Source: an uncultured Actinomycetota bacterium | GTDB taxonomy: Bacteria > Actinomycetota > Acidimicrobiia > Acidimicrobiales > Bog-793 | Assembly (NCBI GenBank): GCA_963764805.1 | Contig: CAVXUB010000002.1 | Location: 769,028 to 833,027 of the forward strand | Length of the DNA: 64,000 nt | Reading direction: 5' to 3' | In this document: positions 38,563 through 46,583 of the stretch, in pieces | Numbering within the stretch: the stretch's first letter is position 1 | How the letters are laid out: each line of letters begins with the position of its first letter | Position numbers and translations under genes: made by a program | The notes under the pieces: generated by a model | What the model saw: the letters and a program-made list of their open reading frames with translations, nothing else | Databases searched by the model: none | What the model was told of the DNA's origin: nothing

Positions 38563-38847
38563 CACCGAGCAGTCCGACGAGGCGGCCGGCTGTGAGATCG
38601 CAATCCTGGTGCATCGAAACGAGCTCAACGAGGTCTACGTCGGCATCCGCATCACAGGGCCGGTGGCGTACGACGTCACCGCTCTAATCCTCGACTGCGT
38701 CCCTGCTGTCGCCGACCGGAGCGGTTGGGGCCTCGACTCGATGCCCGATCGCTCAGCGGCGGCCGGCGAGTTGGTCTGGTCGAACCTGCTCGACGGAGCG
38801 GTCCTCGATGGTCTCCTCGGCGAAGGCTGACTAGTAGCCGGGAGCTC

Positions 38848-39676
38848 GTGTTCGGAAAAGCCGTCGGACCTGCAAGGATTGAACGGGTGGTCGAAAACGC
38901 GTGGGATCAGGTCGGCCGGGCGCTCGAGGTGCTCGCCGCCGGCTTAGCACCGTTTGTCGGGCAGCGGATGTCCGACGTCGAGAGGCGGGCTCTCAAAGAC
39001 CCGAGGTTCCAGCTGAAAGTCATGATCGAGGCGTGGAACGCCTTCAGCCCTCCGCTGACGAAGATGGAGCGCAACCTGGTTTTTGAGCTACGCGAGACCG
39101 GCAACCGGTGGGCCCACTACGAGCCGCTTACCGATGACGACGTCGATCGAGCGCTGGACTCCGTCGAACGACTGCTGGCCGCGGCCGGCGCTCCGGAGGC
39201 CGCCGTGGTTCGGGAGGCCAAAGCCGAGCTGCGCCGTAGCCGTTACGTACACGACAGTCAACACGGGGACAGCGGTGCCCCTCCCGATCCGCACTCCTCA
39301 CCGTCGCGGGGCCAACCTCACGACGCCGAGGGACATGAAGCGGCCGTCGCCTCAAGGGCAGGCAGTTTCTCGCCCGGAGGGTCTGCTGCGCCGTCTCGGC
39401 GTAGTGGCGGAATGGCGCTGGGCAGAGAGAACTGGCGGCTGATCCTTGCGGCCGCGCGAAGCGCTGACCGCGGCAGGCCAGACCCCGTTCACCCGCATCG
39501 GCGTCTATGAGTGGATCTGGCGGCGTTATCCACGCGAGGAGCATGACCGACCCAGCCTCGATCCGACCTTTCAAGGCATGGTCAGGAACGCCACCGGCGG
39601 GCCGAGGAGTGCCGGAGGGACACCGCTGCTTCGGGTTGACCGAGGACTCTACGTGCTGGCTGACGGCCAGCGGTGA
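38848..39676 (+). pseudogene. Swt1-like HEPN domain protein with a C-terminal wHTH-like region, disrupted by a frame change and an in-frame TGA at 39443-39445
   Basis: The HEPN block is FELRETGNRWAHYEPLTDDDVDRALDSVERLLAAAGAPEAA (R-x4-H motif). The C-terminal protein-like text (FTRIGVYEWIWRRYPREEHDRP...LLRVDRGLYVLADGQR) lies in another frame, beyond a TGA. Confidence 0.65.
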
Positions 39677-39720
39677 CGACCACCGGTCCGTGCCCTGCCG
39701 ACGACGCGAGGCGTAACCAC

Positions 39721-40221
39721 TCAAGGCGAGAGGTCCGGCGACGATGAAGGGAGGTCGGGAAGAGGAACGGGCTGTTCCGCTGACATCTCATTCTCCGCTG
39801 CAATTCTGAGAAAGTCCTTCGTCAACTCTTCGGCCGGGTGAGTCCCACTCTCCACTTGCGCCAATCGATAGAGAAGCTGGCGACAGGCCAGAGCGAGGAA
39901 CAGGACCTCTCGCCGATGAAGAGGAGCATCTGTCAAGGAGCCGACGACCTTGCGCCCCTCGTGCCAGTCCTGGCGAGCTGTCAGGGCCCCGATCTCATTC
40001 CACACATTTCGTGAGACGTTGAGTGTCGCCTGGGCCGCCGCACTTCCGCCGAAATGGGCTTCGAGAACCTCACGCTCCCAATATGCAAGGGTCGTAATCG
40101 GTTCTCTTCTAAGCAGACCACGACTGAGACGAAGCCGCACCTGACGCACGATTTCGCTGGACGTCGGGGTCGCTCCCGCCGTCGGCGAGATTCGCTCAAC
40201 TGGCGGTGGGCCGCCGTGCAT
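39721..40221 (-). CDS. Hypothetical protein Y (140-166 aa), no family recognised
   Basis: An ORF with protein-like composition (LAYWEREVLEAHFGGSAAAQATLNVSRNVWNEIGALTARQDWHEG...). The start is either ATG 40221 or GTG about 40149. Confidence 0.45.
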   Translation of the reverse strand: MHGGPPPVERISPTAGATPTSSEIVRQVRLRLSRGLLRREPITTLAYWEREVLEAHFGGSAAAQATLNVSRNVWNEIGALTARQDWHEGRKVVGSLTDAPLHRREVLFLALACRQLLYRLAQVESGTHPAEELTKDFLRIAAENEMSAEQPVPLPDLPSSSPDLSP

Positions 40222-40889
40222 CCTGATCGGATCCGAGCGGGGTGTCGGGATCGATCTGCCACAGGGCGCCGCCGGGAGCGCCGGTGCACTGAGAACGCCG
40301 GTATTGCAAACCGAAACCGTATCCGCCCAGGGTCTCGGCCTCGAATCGCCACGCTGCTGCTTCCTCCTCGAACCGCGGACCGGGCAGCCCGGACGTCGTC
40401 GAACTCGACTTCGGGCCGGGCGACTACGGCCCTACCCGAAATCTCACAACTGAAAGTCGGCAGGGCGACGGACTGGGTTGGCAGCACCTCGGACAGCCGA
40501 CGGGGGGACGGTACGTCGAGAATCGCATAGTGCAGCTCGTCGACCCTGTACTGCGTCGGCTCGGTGTGGAGCAGGGCTGGCGAAGTCGCCGCCAGTTCGC
40601 CGAGTCCGTACGTCCGGTAACAGCGGCTGAACAGGAACGGGAAGTCATAGTCCTGGACCACGGCCTTCTGGGCCTCGTCCGTCTCCAGACCGTTCTCCGT
40701 ACCGGGCCAGGTCACCCACGTAGCGCCTCCGTCGTCGCTGTACTCGATGACAACCCGGTTCGCGATGTAGAGCACTCTGTGAGGCACATGGCCAGCGACA
40801 ATCAAAGGTCTCCCGGCATACTCGCTACGCGCGTGCATCCCTCGGAGATGATCGATACGACGCCACTCCAGGGCGTCTTCGTCCGTCAT
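40197..40889 (-). CDS. Hypothetical protein X (about 230 aa), reconstructed across a frame change near 40375
   Basis: MTDEDALEWRRIDHLRGMHARSEYAGRPLIVAGH...EVEFDDVRAARSA continues as protein-like text in another frame (FEEEAAAWRFEAETLGGYGFGLQYRRSQCTGAPGGALWQIDPDTPLGSDQDARRPTAS, TGA at 40197-40199). The listed frame turns Arg-rich beyond that point. Confidence 0.5.
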
Positions 40890-41131
40890 GGTCTTCACCC
40901 CAGAGATCACTGACCGGTGTACCTCTGCTGTCACGTGGTCTCCTGCGCGATGGATCGAAATCGGGCAAACGTTGCCGGTGGCGGCACTGCCAGTCTCCTC
41001 GAGTCGGCCGACGGCGGATATCGGGGAGGTCGGTCGGGTGTGCGAGCTGGTTCGCTCGGTAACCCGACCTCACCTCACGTCACCCAAGCGGCGCCGCCCT
41101 GTCGCTCGCGGCCCGGATTCCCGCGTCGGCT

Positions 41132-41218
41132 TGTGACATTTCGACACAACCATGTGACATTGGGCGCAATCTTTGTGACATTTCGACGCAACCGTTGTGA
41201 CATTCGGACGCAATTTCC
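41132..41218. repeat. Four head-to-tail 21-22 bp repeats TGTGACATT(n3-4)G(A/C)(C/G)(A/G)CAA(C/T)
   Basis: TGTGACAT occurs at 41132, 41153, 41174 and 41196. The array lies between the nrdJ stop (41245) and the start of gene X (40889). Confidence 0.85.
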
Positions 41219-41244
41219 TGGGACACGCTGGTGCAACTGCACAG

Positions 41245-44200
41245 CTATGAGCACCCGCTAGTGGCGCCACAGCTGGGACAGGCGTAGCAGGAGCCGGCCC
41301 GCTGCATGAGGTTGCCGCAGGCGTAGCAGAACGGCGCATCCCTCGCCTCGGTCCGAGCCAGCGGCTCGTGCGGTCGCGACTGAGCGGCCTCCGTGGAATC
41401 GCCGCCGTGGCCGAAGTGCTCGGTCTCCCGACGGGCGGCCTCCGCAACGTCAGCCTCGTCCAGACCGGGCAGCGTCGGTTGGGTGCGCTCGTGGGTCGAC
41501 AGCACGCCGAGCTCCAACCTCTCGTCGAAGGAGAGGTACTCGAGAGCCAGGCGCCGGAAGATGTAGTCGACCAGGCTGGACGCCAGCCTCAACTCGGCGT
41601 CGTCGGTGATCCCAGCCGGCTCGAAGCGCATGTTCGTGTACTTCCGCACGAACGTCGACAGCGGGACCCCGTGCTGCAGCCCGAGGCTCACCGAGATCGA
41701 GAAGGCATCCATCACGCCCGACAGCGTCGAGCCCTGCTTGGAGACCTTCATGAACACCTCGCCGGGGTGCCCGTCCTCGTACTCGCCGACCGTGACGTAC
41801 CCTTCGCAATCGGCGACGCGGAAGGCGAAGGTCTTCGAGTTCCGGCGGCGAGGAAGGCGCTTGCGGGTTGTGGCGGCCGGCGCATCGACGCCCTTCGCCT
41901 GCAATGCAGCCTCCAGCTCGACGACCTTTGCGGCGAGCTCTGCCTCGCTGGGCGACGGGACGTGGGCGGCGCCCTCAGTCGATCCACCGCCTGCGTCGGC
42001 ACCGGCCCTCTTGGTGGTCGAGAGCGGCTGCGCCACCTTGCAGTTGTCGCGGTAGATGGCGACCGCCTTCAGACCGAGACGCCACGCATCGATGTGCAGT
42101 TGCTCGACCTCGTCGACCGTCAGCTCCTCCGGCACGTTCACCGTCTTGCTGATGGCACCGGAGATGAACGGCTGGGCCGCGCCCATCATCATGATGTGGC
42201 CCTTGTAGTGGATCGTGTTGTCGCCCATCGAGCAGGCGAAGACAGGGAGGTGCTCAGCGCTGAGGTGCGGCGCACCGACGATCGACTTGTGCTCGTCGAT
42301 GTAGGCGACGATCTCGGCGACCTGCTCCTCGTCGTAACCGAGCTTGCGCAGCGCACGAGGCACCGTCTGGTTGACGATCGACATCGTCCCGCCGCCGACC
42401 AGCTTCTTCGTCTTCACCAGCCCGAGATCCGGCTCGATGCCGGTCGTGTCACAGTCCATGAGGAAAGATATGGTTCCGGTCGGCGCCAACACGGTGGCCT
42501 GCGAATTGCGCACGCCGTGGGCCTCGGCGAGCTCGACTGCCGTGTCCCACGACTCCTGTGCCGCCGAGAGCAGAGCCGTCGGGACCTTCTCCTCGTCGAT
42601 GCTGGCGACAGCCGCACGATGCATGCGAAGGACCTCGACCATCGGCTCGGCGTTCTCGTGGAACCCGGCGAAGGCACCCATGCGGGCGGCGGTGCGTGCG
42701 GACGTCGCATAGGCGTGGCCGGTCATCAGGGCCGTGATGGCGGCCGCCCAGGCACGGCCCTCGTCTGAGTCGTAGGGAAGGCCCTCCGCCATCAACAACG
42801 CGCCGAGGTTGGCGTAGCCCAAGCCGAGCTGCCGGAAGCGGCGCGTCGTCTCGGCGAGCTTCTCGGTCGGGTAGTCGGCGTTCCCGACGATGATCTCCTG
42901 AGCCGTGAACACGACCTCCACCGCCGCCTTGAAGCCGTCGACGTCGAACTCGCCCGACTCGTCGAGGAACTTCAGGAGATTCAGGGAGGCGAGATTACAG
43001 GACGAGTTGTCGAGGTGAACGTACTCGGAGCAGTTACGGACGACGATGCCGTCGACGACGTAAGAGTGGTTCCGCGGCTCGGTCAGGTTGAATGTGAGTT
43101 CCACACCGTCGTCGACCCGCTCGACGAGCCGAGCCGTGGTGGCCACCTTGTAGAAACCGAAGCGCCGATCGAGGATCGCTTCGCTCAACAGCGCCGCTTT
43201 GCGGGACAACGAGAAACCGACGTGCTCCGCGAACCTCAGCATCGATGACGAGGTGATCCGCAGGTCGTAGGAAGCAGACCTTCCGTAGGTGACGGACTCA
43301 CCAGTCTTGTTGACGTATGGGAGATGGCCGGAGGCGCTGCCTCCGTGGACTCGATAGACGCGGCTCGCGATCCCGAACGTCGTGAGCAGCCGCTGCACGC
43401 CTTGTAGGAGCTCGCGAGATGTCGATCCGAGACCGACATAGCAGCCCTTGTCGTGGTTCACGACCGCGCAACCGTCGGCGTCGAAGAGCCCCTGCAGGAA
43501 GGACCCGACTATGTCCGCCGGCGCCTGCTCGATGGCCCATGGCACGGTCTTCTCGGGCCCCTTCACCGACTTGATGCCTAGCGCCTCGAGGAACAGCTTG
43601 AACGGCCGGCGCCCCAACCGGAGCTGCGCTGTCCCGTTCCCCTGTTCCGAGATCTTGAGCGGCCGGTCACCATTGATCCACTCCACCAACTCGGCGTGTC
43701 GCGGGAGGATCTCCACACGATCCTCGGCGGAGCCGTAGATGGTCGTCGCGGTGCTGCCGGAGGTGGTCCCGTCGCCGACCAGCCATCCCAGGTAGTGCGC
43801 GAACTCAGGCGTCCACTCCTCGGGTAGACGAACCAGTTCCCCCTTGTCACCTTTGCTGTGGTACTCCGCGACATCCGTGCTGACCGGGATAGTCATGTCG
43901 GCGCGCACAGCGGGCGCCGGCAGATCGAGGACCTTCACCTCGTCGCTCGCCACGAGGTCCCGCGCCTCCACGTAGCCGCGGTTGACCGTGAAGAGCCGGT
44001 GGCCGGGCGTACACCGTAACTGCATGCCGTTGTCGAAGGTCAGGCGGACGATCTCGTTGTAGCCCGTGATCATGAACGCCTCGGGTGACGTCAGGAGAAC
44101 TTGATCGGCGGGATCTTCCACATTGGTGACATCGTGCGTGTACACCGCGAACTCCTCGCCCCCATGGACGCGGGTGAAGAGCTCGCCGAACGCCACCAGG

Positions 44201-46368
44201 CCCTTGTCCGTGTGGACCCGAGCAGAAGCGGGGAAGCACGGGTTACTCGCATTGATCCGGCCGGTATTAGGGGCGGTGTGCCACTTGTTTATCGTGGTGT
44301 CGAATTGCAACCCCGGGTCGGCGCATTCCCATGCCGCCTCAGCGATCTGCCGGAAGATGTCGCGAGCCTTGACGGTCTCGAGCACTCGCCCGTCCGTGCG
44401 TGCCGTGAGACTCCAGTCGCGGTCGTCGAGAACCGCCTGCATGAACTCATCGCTCGCCCGAACGGAGTTGTTGGCGTTCTGGTACTGAGTCGAGTGGCTG
44501 TCAGCGCCGTCGAGATCCATGTCGAAGCCCGCCTGTGAGAGCACTCGGGCCTTGCGCTCCTCACGCGCCTTGCACCAGATGAACTCCGCGATGTCTGGAT
44601 GGTCGGCGTCGAGGATCACCATCTTCGCCGCCCGGCGCGTCTTGCCACCGGACTTGATGGTGCCTGCCGAGGCGTCGGCCCCCCTCATGAAGCTCACAGG
44701 GCCCGAGGCCGTCCCTCCCCCCGCCAGCAGCTCCTTCGAGCTGCGAATGCGCGACAGGTTCGTCCCCGCTCCGGAGCCGCCCTTGAAGATGTTGCCCTCC
44801 TCGACGTACCAGTTGAGGATGGAGTCCATCGTGTCGTCGACGGCGAGGATGAAACAGTTGTGCACACGAAGTGCACCCGAGAGATACTCGCCCGACTCGG
44901 TCTGGATGTCGAAGACGTCCATTTGGCCCAGCGATTCGATCGACTGAACCTCGAGCCTCTTCGAGACCCGCTCGGGGCGACCGGGAAGATCGAGAGAGCT
45001 CAACAGCTTGCTCGTCTTGTCTGGACCGATGAAGCCGATCTCGTCGGCAAATGCCTTCCGGTCCACCAGCGGGCGGATCGAGATGTTCCACGTTCCCTGG
45101 CGATCCGGGCGGGGATCTCGCTTCTGGCGGACCCGCGAGAAGATCCCGAAGCGACTGAGTAGGGCCTGCAGGCCCATGACCAGATCACGGCTGACCATGT
45201 CGAGGCCGATGACCGCCGAGCGCTCACGGACGCTTACGGAGCCCTCTGCCTGGAACACGCTCCGCAGGTAAGCCGCGACGACCGGGAGGGACGCCTCGAA
45301 CAGCTGTGGAGGCACGGTCATCGCCGTCCCACGTGCACGTAGACCCCAACGGTCGACGAAGTCTTCCAACCCGCGCCCGTAAAGTCGATTGCGGCGGCAA
45401 TCAAGGTCGGCGCCGATCGTGGGCACCGTGCGCTCGTGTCTATGCACATCTGGGAACACGAGGTCGATCGCTTTCAACACCCAAGCGCGCTCCGCCTCAT
45501 TGACCGTCATCGCCTCGATCGTCAGGGAACGGTTGGTGCCCGAGTACTGACCGACGAAGCCGTCGCTCTGCAGCCATCCCGCGAGCGCAGCCTCGGCGAC
45601 CGCGTGCTCGCTGATCTCTCCATTGCCCCAGGATTCCGTCCGGTGCCAGGCGAGCTGGTCGCCGGGGCGGAGGCGGGCCGCCTCGATGAACTGGCCGCAC
45701 CCGTCGCCCGTCGCCCTCCACACCAGATGGTCGCCGGTCACTTCGAGCTCGTGGCCGGACTTGGTGCGAATCCGCATCACTTCCTTGCGACCATTGCGTT
45801 TGACGGCGACGATCTGCGTCACACCGCTCGCGTCGAAGACCTTCCGCCCCACTGCGCTCTCTTCGACGAGGCGTCCGATCGGCACCAGGCCCTCCGGCGT
45901 GCTCACAAGGGCTCCATACGGCTGGCATGCCGACCCTTGCTGTGGCACGCCTTTGACGCCGATGTTGAACCACACCGGCGAGTTGAAGGCAGCCTTCTGA
46001 TGGACGATCAGATGCTTCAGCTCGTCCGAGAATGCCGCCTGCTCCTCCTTGTCGACGAAGTAGCCGTCCTTGGCTCCCCAGGCGGTGATGGTGTCGACCA
46101 CGCGGTCGACCACCTGCTTCAGCGAGGTCTCGCGCGCCTTGGATCCGAGCGTTCCGCGGAAGTACTTCTGGGCGAGGATGTTGGTCGCGTTCATCGACCA
46201 GGTCGACGGCACCTCCACGCCGATCTGCTCGAAGGCGACGGAGCCGTCGCGGTAGTCGGTGATACGGGAGTCGCGCCTGTCCCACGCCACCTCTTCGTAC
46301 GGATGGCGGCCGGCGGTCGTGAACCTGCGGCGGATCCCAATGCTCAGGCGATCTCCGGCGACAGCCAT
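41245..46368 (-). CDS. nrdJ: Class II (adenosylcobalamin-dependent) ribonucleotide reductase NrdJ, interrupted by two inteins (1707-aa precursor, 948-aa extein)
   Basis: A single uninterrupted ORF. The N-terminus is long-NrdJ-like (RRFTTAGRHPYEEVAWDRRDSRI...NILAQKYFRG). The active-site NPC|SEY is split by intein 2. The C-terminal tail is Cys-rich (CYACGNLMQRAGSCYACPSCG). Confidence 0.95.
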   Translation of the reverse strand: MAVAGDRLSIGIRRRFTTAGRHPYEEVAWDRRDSRITDYRDGSVAFEQIGVEVPSTWSMNATNILAQKYFRGTLGSKARETSLKQVVDRVVDTITAWGAKDGYFVDKEEQAAFSDELKHLIVHQKAAFNSPVWFNIGVKGVPQQGSACQPYGALVSTPEGLVPIGRLVEESAVGRKVFDASGVTQIVAVKRNGRKEVMRIRTKSGHELEVTGDHLVWRATGDGCGQFIEAARLRPGDQLAWHRTESWGNGEISEHAVAEAALAGWLQSDGFVGQYSGTNRSLTIEAMTVNEAERAWVLKAIDLVFPDVHRHERTVPTIGADLDCRRNRLYGRGLEDFVDRWGLRARGTAMTVPPQLFEASLPVVAAYLRSVFQAEGSVSVRERSAVIGLDMVSRDLVMGLQALLSRFGIFSRVRQKRDPRPDRQGTWNISIRPLVDRKAFADEIGFIGPDKTSKLLSSLDLPGRPERVSKRLEVQSIESLGQMDVFDIQTESGEYLSGALRVHNCFILAVDDTMDSILNWYVEEGNIFKGGSGAGTNLSRIRSSKELLAGGGTASGPVSFMRGADASAGTIKSGGKTRRAAKMVILDADHPDIAEFIWCKAREERKARVLSQAGFDMDLDGADSHSTQYQNANNSVRASDEFMQAVLDDRDWSLTARTDGRVLETVKARDIFRQIAEAAWECADPGLQFDTTINKWHTAPNTGRINASNPCFPASARVHTDKGLVAFGELFTRVHGGEEFAVYTHDVTNVEDPADQVLLTSPEAFMITGYNEIVRLTFDNGMQLRCTPGHRLFTVNRGYVEARDLVASDEVKVLDLPAPAVRADMTIPVSTDVAEYHSKGDKGELVRLPEEWTPEFAHYLGWLVGDGTTSGSTATTIYGSAEDRVEILPRHAELVEWINGDRPLKISEQGNGTAQLRLGRRPFKLFLEALGIKSVKGPEKTVPWAIEQAPADIVGSFLQGLFDADGCAVVNHDKGCYVGLGSTSRELLQGVQRLLTTFGIASRVYRVHGGSASGHLPYVNKTGESVTYGRSASYDLRITSSSMLRFAEHVGFSLSRKAALLSEAILDRRFGFYKVATTARLVERVDDGVELTFNLTEPRNHSYVVDGIVVRNCSEYVHLDNSSCNLASLNLLKFLDESGEFDVDGFKAAVEVVFTAQEIIVGNADYPTEKLAETTRRFRQLGLGYANLGALLMAEGLPYDSDEGRAWAAAITALMTGHAYATSARTAARMGAFAGFHENAEPMVEVLRMHRAAVASIDEEKVPTALLSAAQESWDTAVELAEAHGVRNSQATVLAPTGTISFLMDCDTTGIEPDLGLVKTKKLVGGGTMSIVNQTVPRALRKLGYDEEQVAEIVAYIDEHKSIVGAPHLSAEHLPVFACSMGDNTIHYKGHIMMMGAAQPFISGAISKTVNVPEELTVDEVEQLHIDAWRLGLKAVAIYRDNCKVAQPLSTTKRAGADAGGGSTEGAAHVPSPSEAELAAKVVELEAALQAKGVDAPAATTRKRLPRRRNSKTFAFRVADCEGYVTVGEYEDGHPGEVFMKVSKQGSTLSGVMDAFSISVSLGLQHGVPLSTFVRKYTNMRFEPAGITDDAELRLASSLVDYIFRRLALEYLSFDERLELGVLSTHERTQPTLPGLDEADVAEAARRETEHFGHGGDSTEAAQSRPHEPLARTEARDAPFCYACGNLMQRAGSCYACPSCGATSGCS
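43033..44238 (-). mobile_element. Intein 2 (402 aa) with a LAGLIDADG homing-endonuclease domain, inserted in the NPC|SEY active-site loop
   Basis: It starts CFPASARVHTDKG directly after ...INASNP and ends ...VDGIVVRN, followed by +1 Cys (CSEYVHLDNSSCNL). The LAGLIDADG motifs are LGWLVGDGT and FLQGLFDADGC. Confidence 0.9.
44857..45927 (-). mobile_element. Intein 1 (357 aa) with a LAGLIDADG homing-endonuclease domain, inserted at ...VPQQGSA|CFILAVDD...
   Basis: It starts at Cys148 (CQPYGALVSTPEG) and ends ...GALRVHN, followed by +1 Cys. The LAGLIDADG motifs are LAGWLQSDGF and AAYLRSVFQAEGS. The codon boundaries were verified on the sequence. Confidence 0.9.
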
Positions 46369-46402
46369 TCTTCGTCTCCCTCCTGGAGTCCAAACGCTTC
46401 AA

Positions 46403-46484
46403 ACCACTACATCTTGTGGTGCCCGTCCGAACGGCCACCAGATGATGCGGTCGGGGCGTTCATTACACCACTGTAACTACAGAC
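46403..46484 (-). promoter_or_regulatory. Three phased NrdR-box-like palindromes upstream of nrdJ
   Basis: ACCACTACATCTTGTGGT (46403), GCCACCAGATGATGCGGT (46434) and ACCACTGTAACTACAGAC (46467) are spaced 31 and 33 bp apart, 35-115 nt upstream of the ATG. The first matches 13/16 positions of the remembered consensus acaCwAtATaTwGtgt. Confidence 0.45.
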
Positions 46485-46583
46485 ACGCAAGCACGGAACG
46501 CCGCGGTAGTTCCTGGTCAGGGGCTGCTCGCGAAGGTTCGCAGTAGTTCGTCCGTGCACGAGCAGCCGTGCCGGGGAGGGGCG

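Noticed and set aside
41132-41218. The four regularly spaced repeats read as a CRISPR array.
   Set aside because: The units are contiguous with a 21-22 bp period and no spacers. No cas genes are nearby, and the repeats are too short and too few.
46369-46583. A cobalamin riboswitch in the nrdJ leader.
   Set aside because: I could not find a B12-box-like conserved core. B12 riboswitches normally repress B12-independent isozymes, not the B12-dependent NrdJ. The palindromes fit NrdR boxes better.
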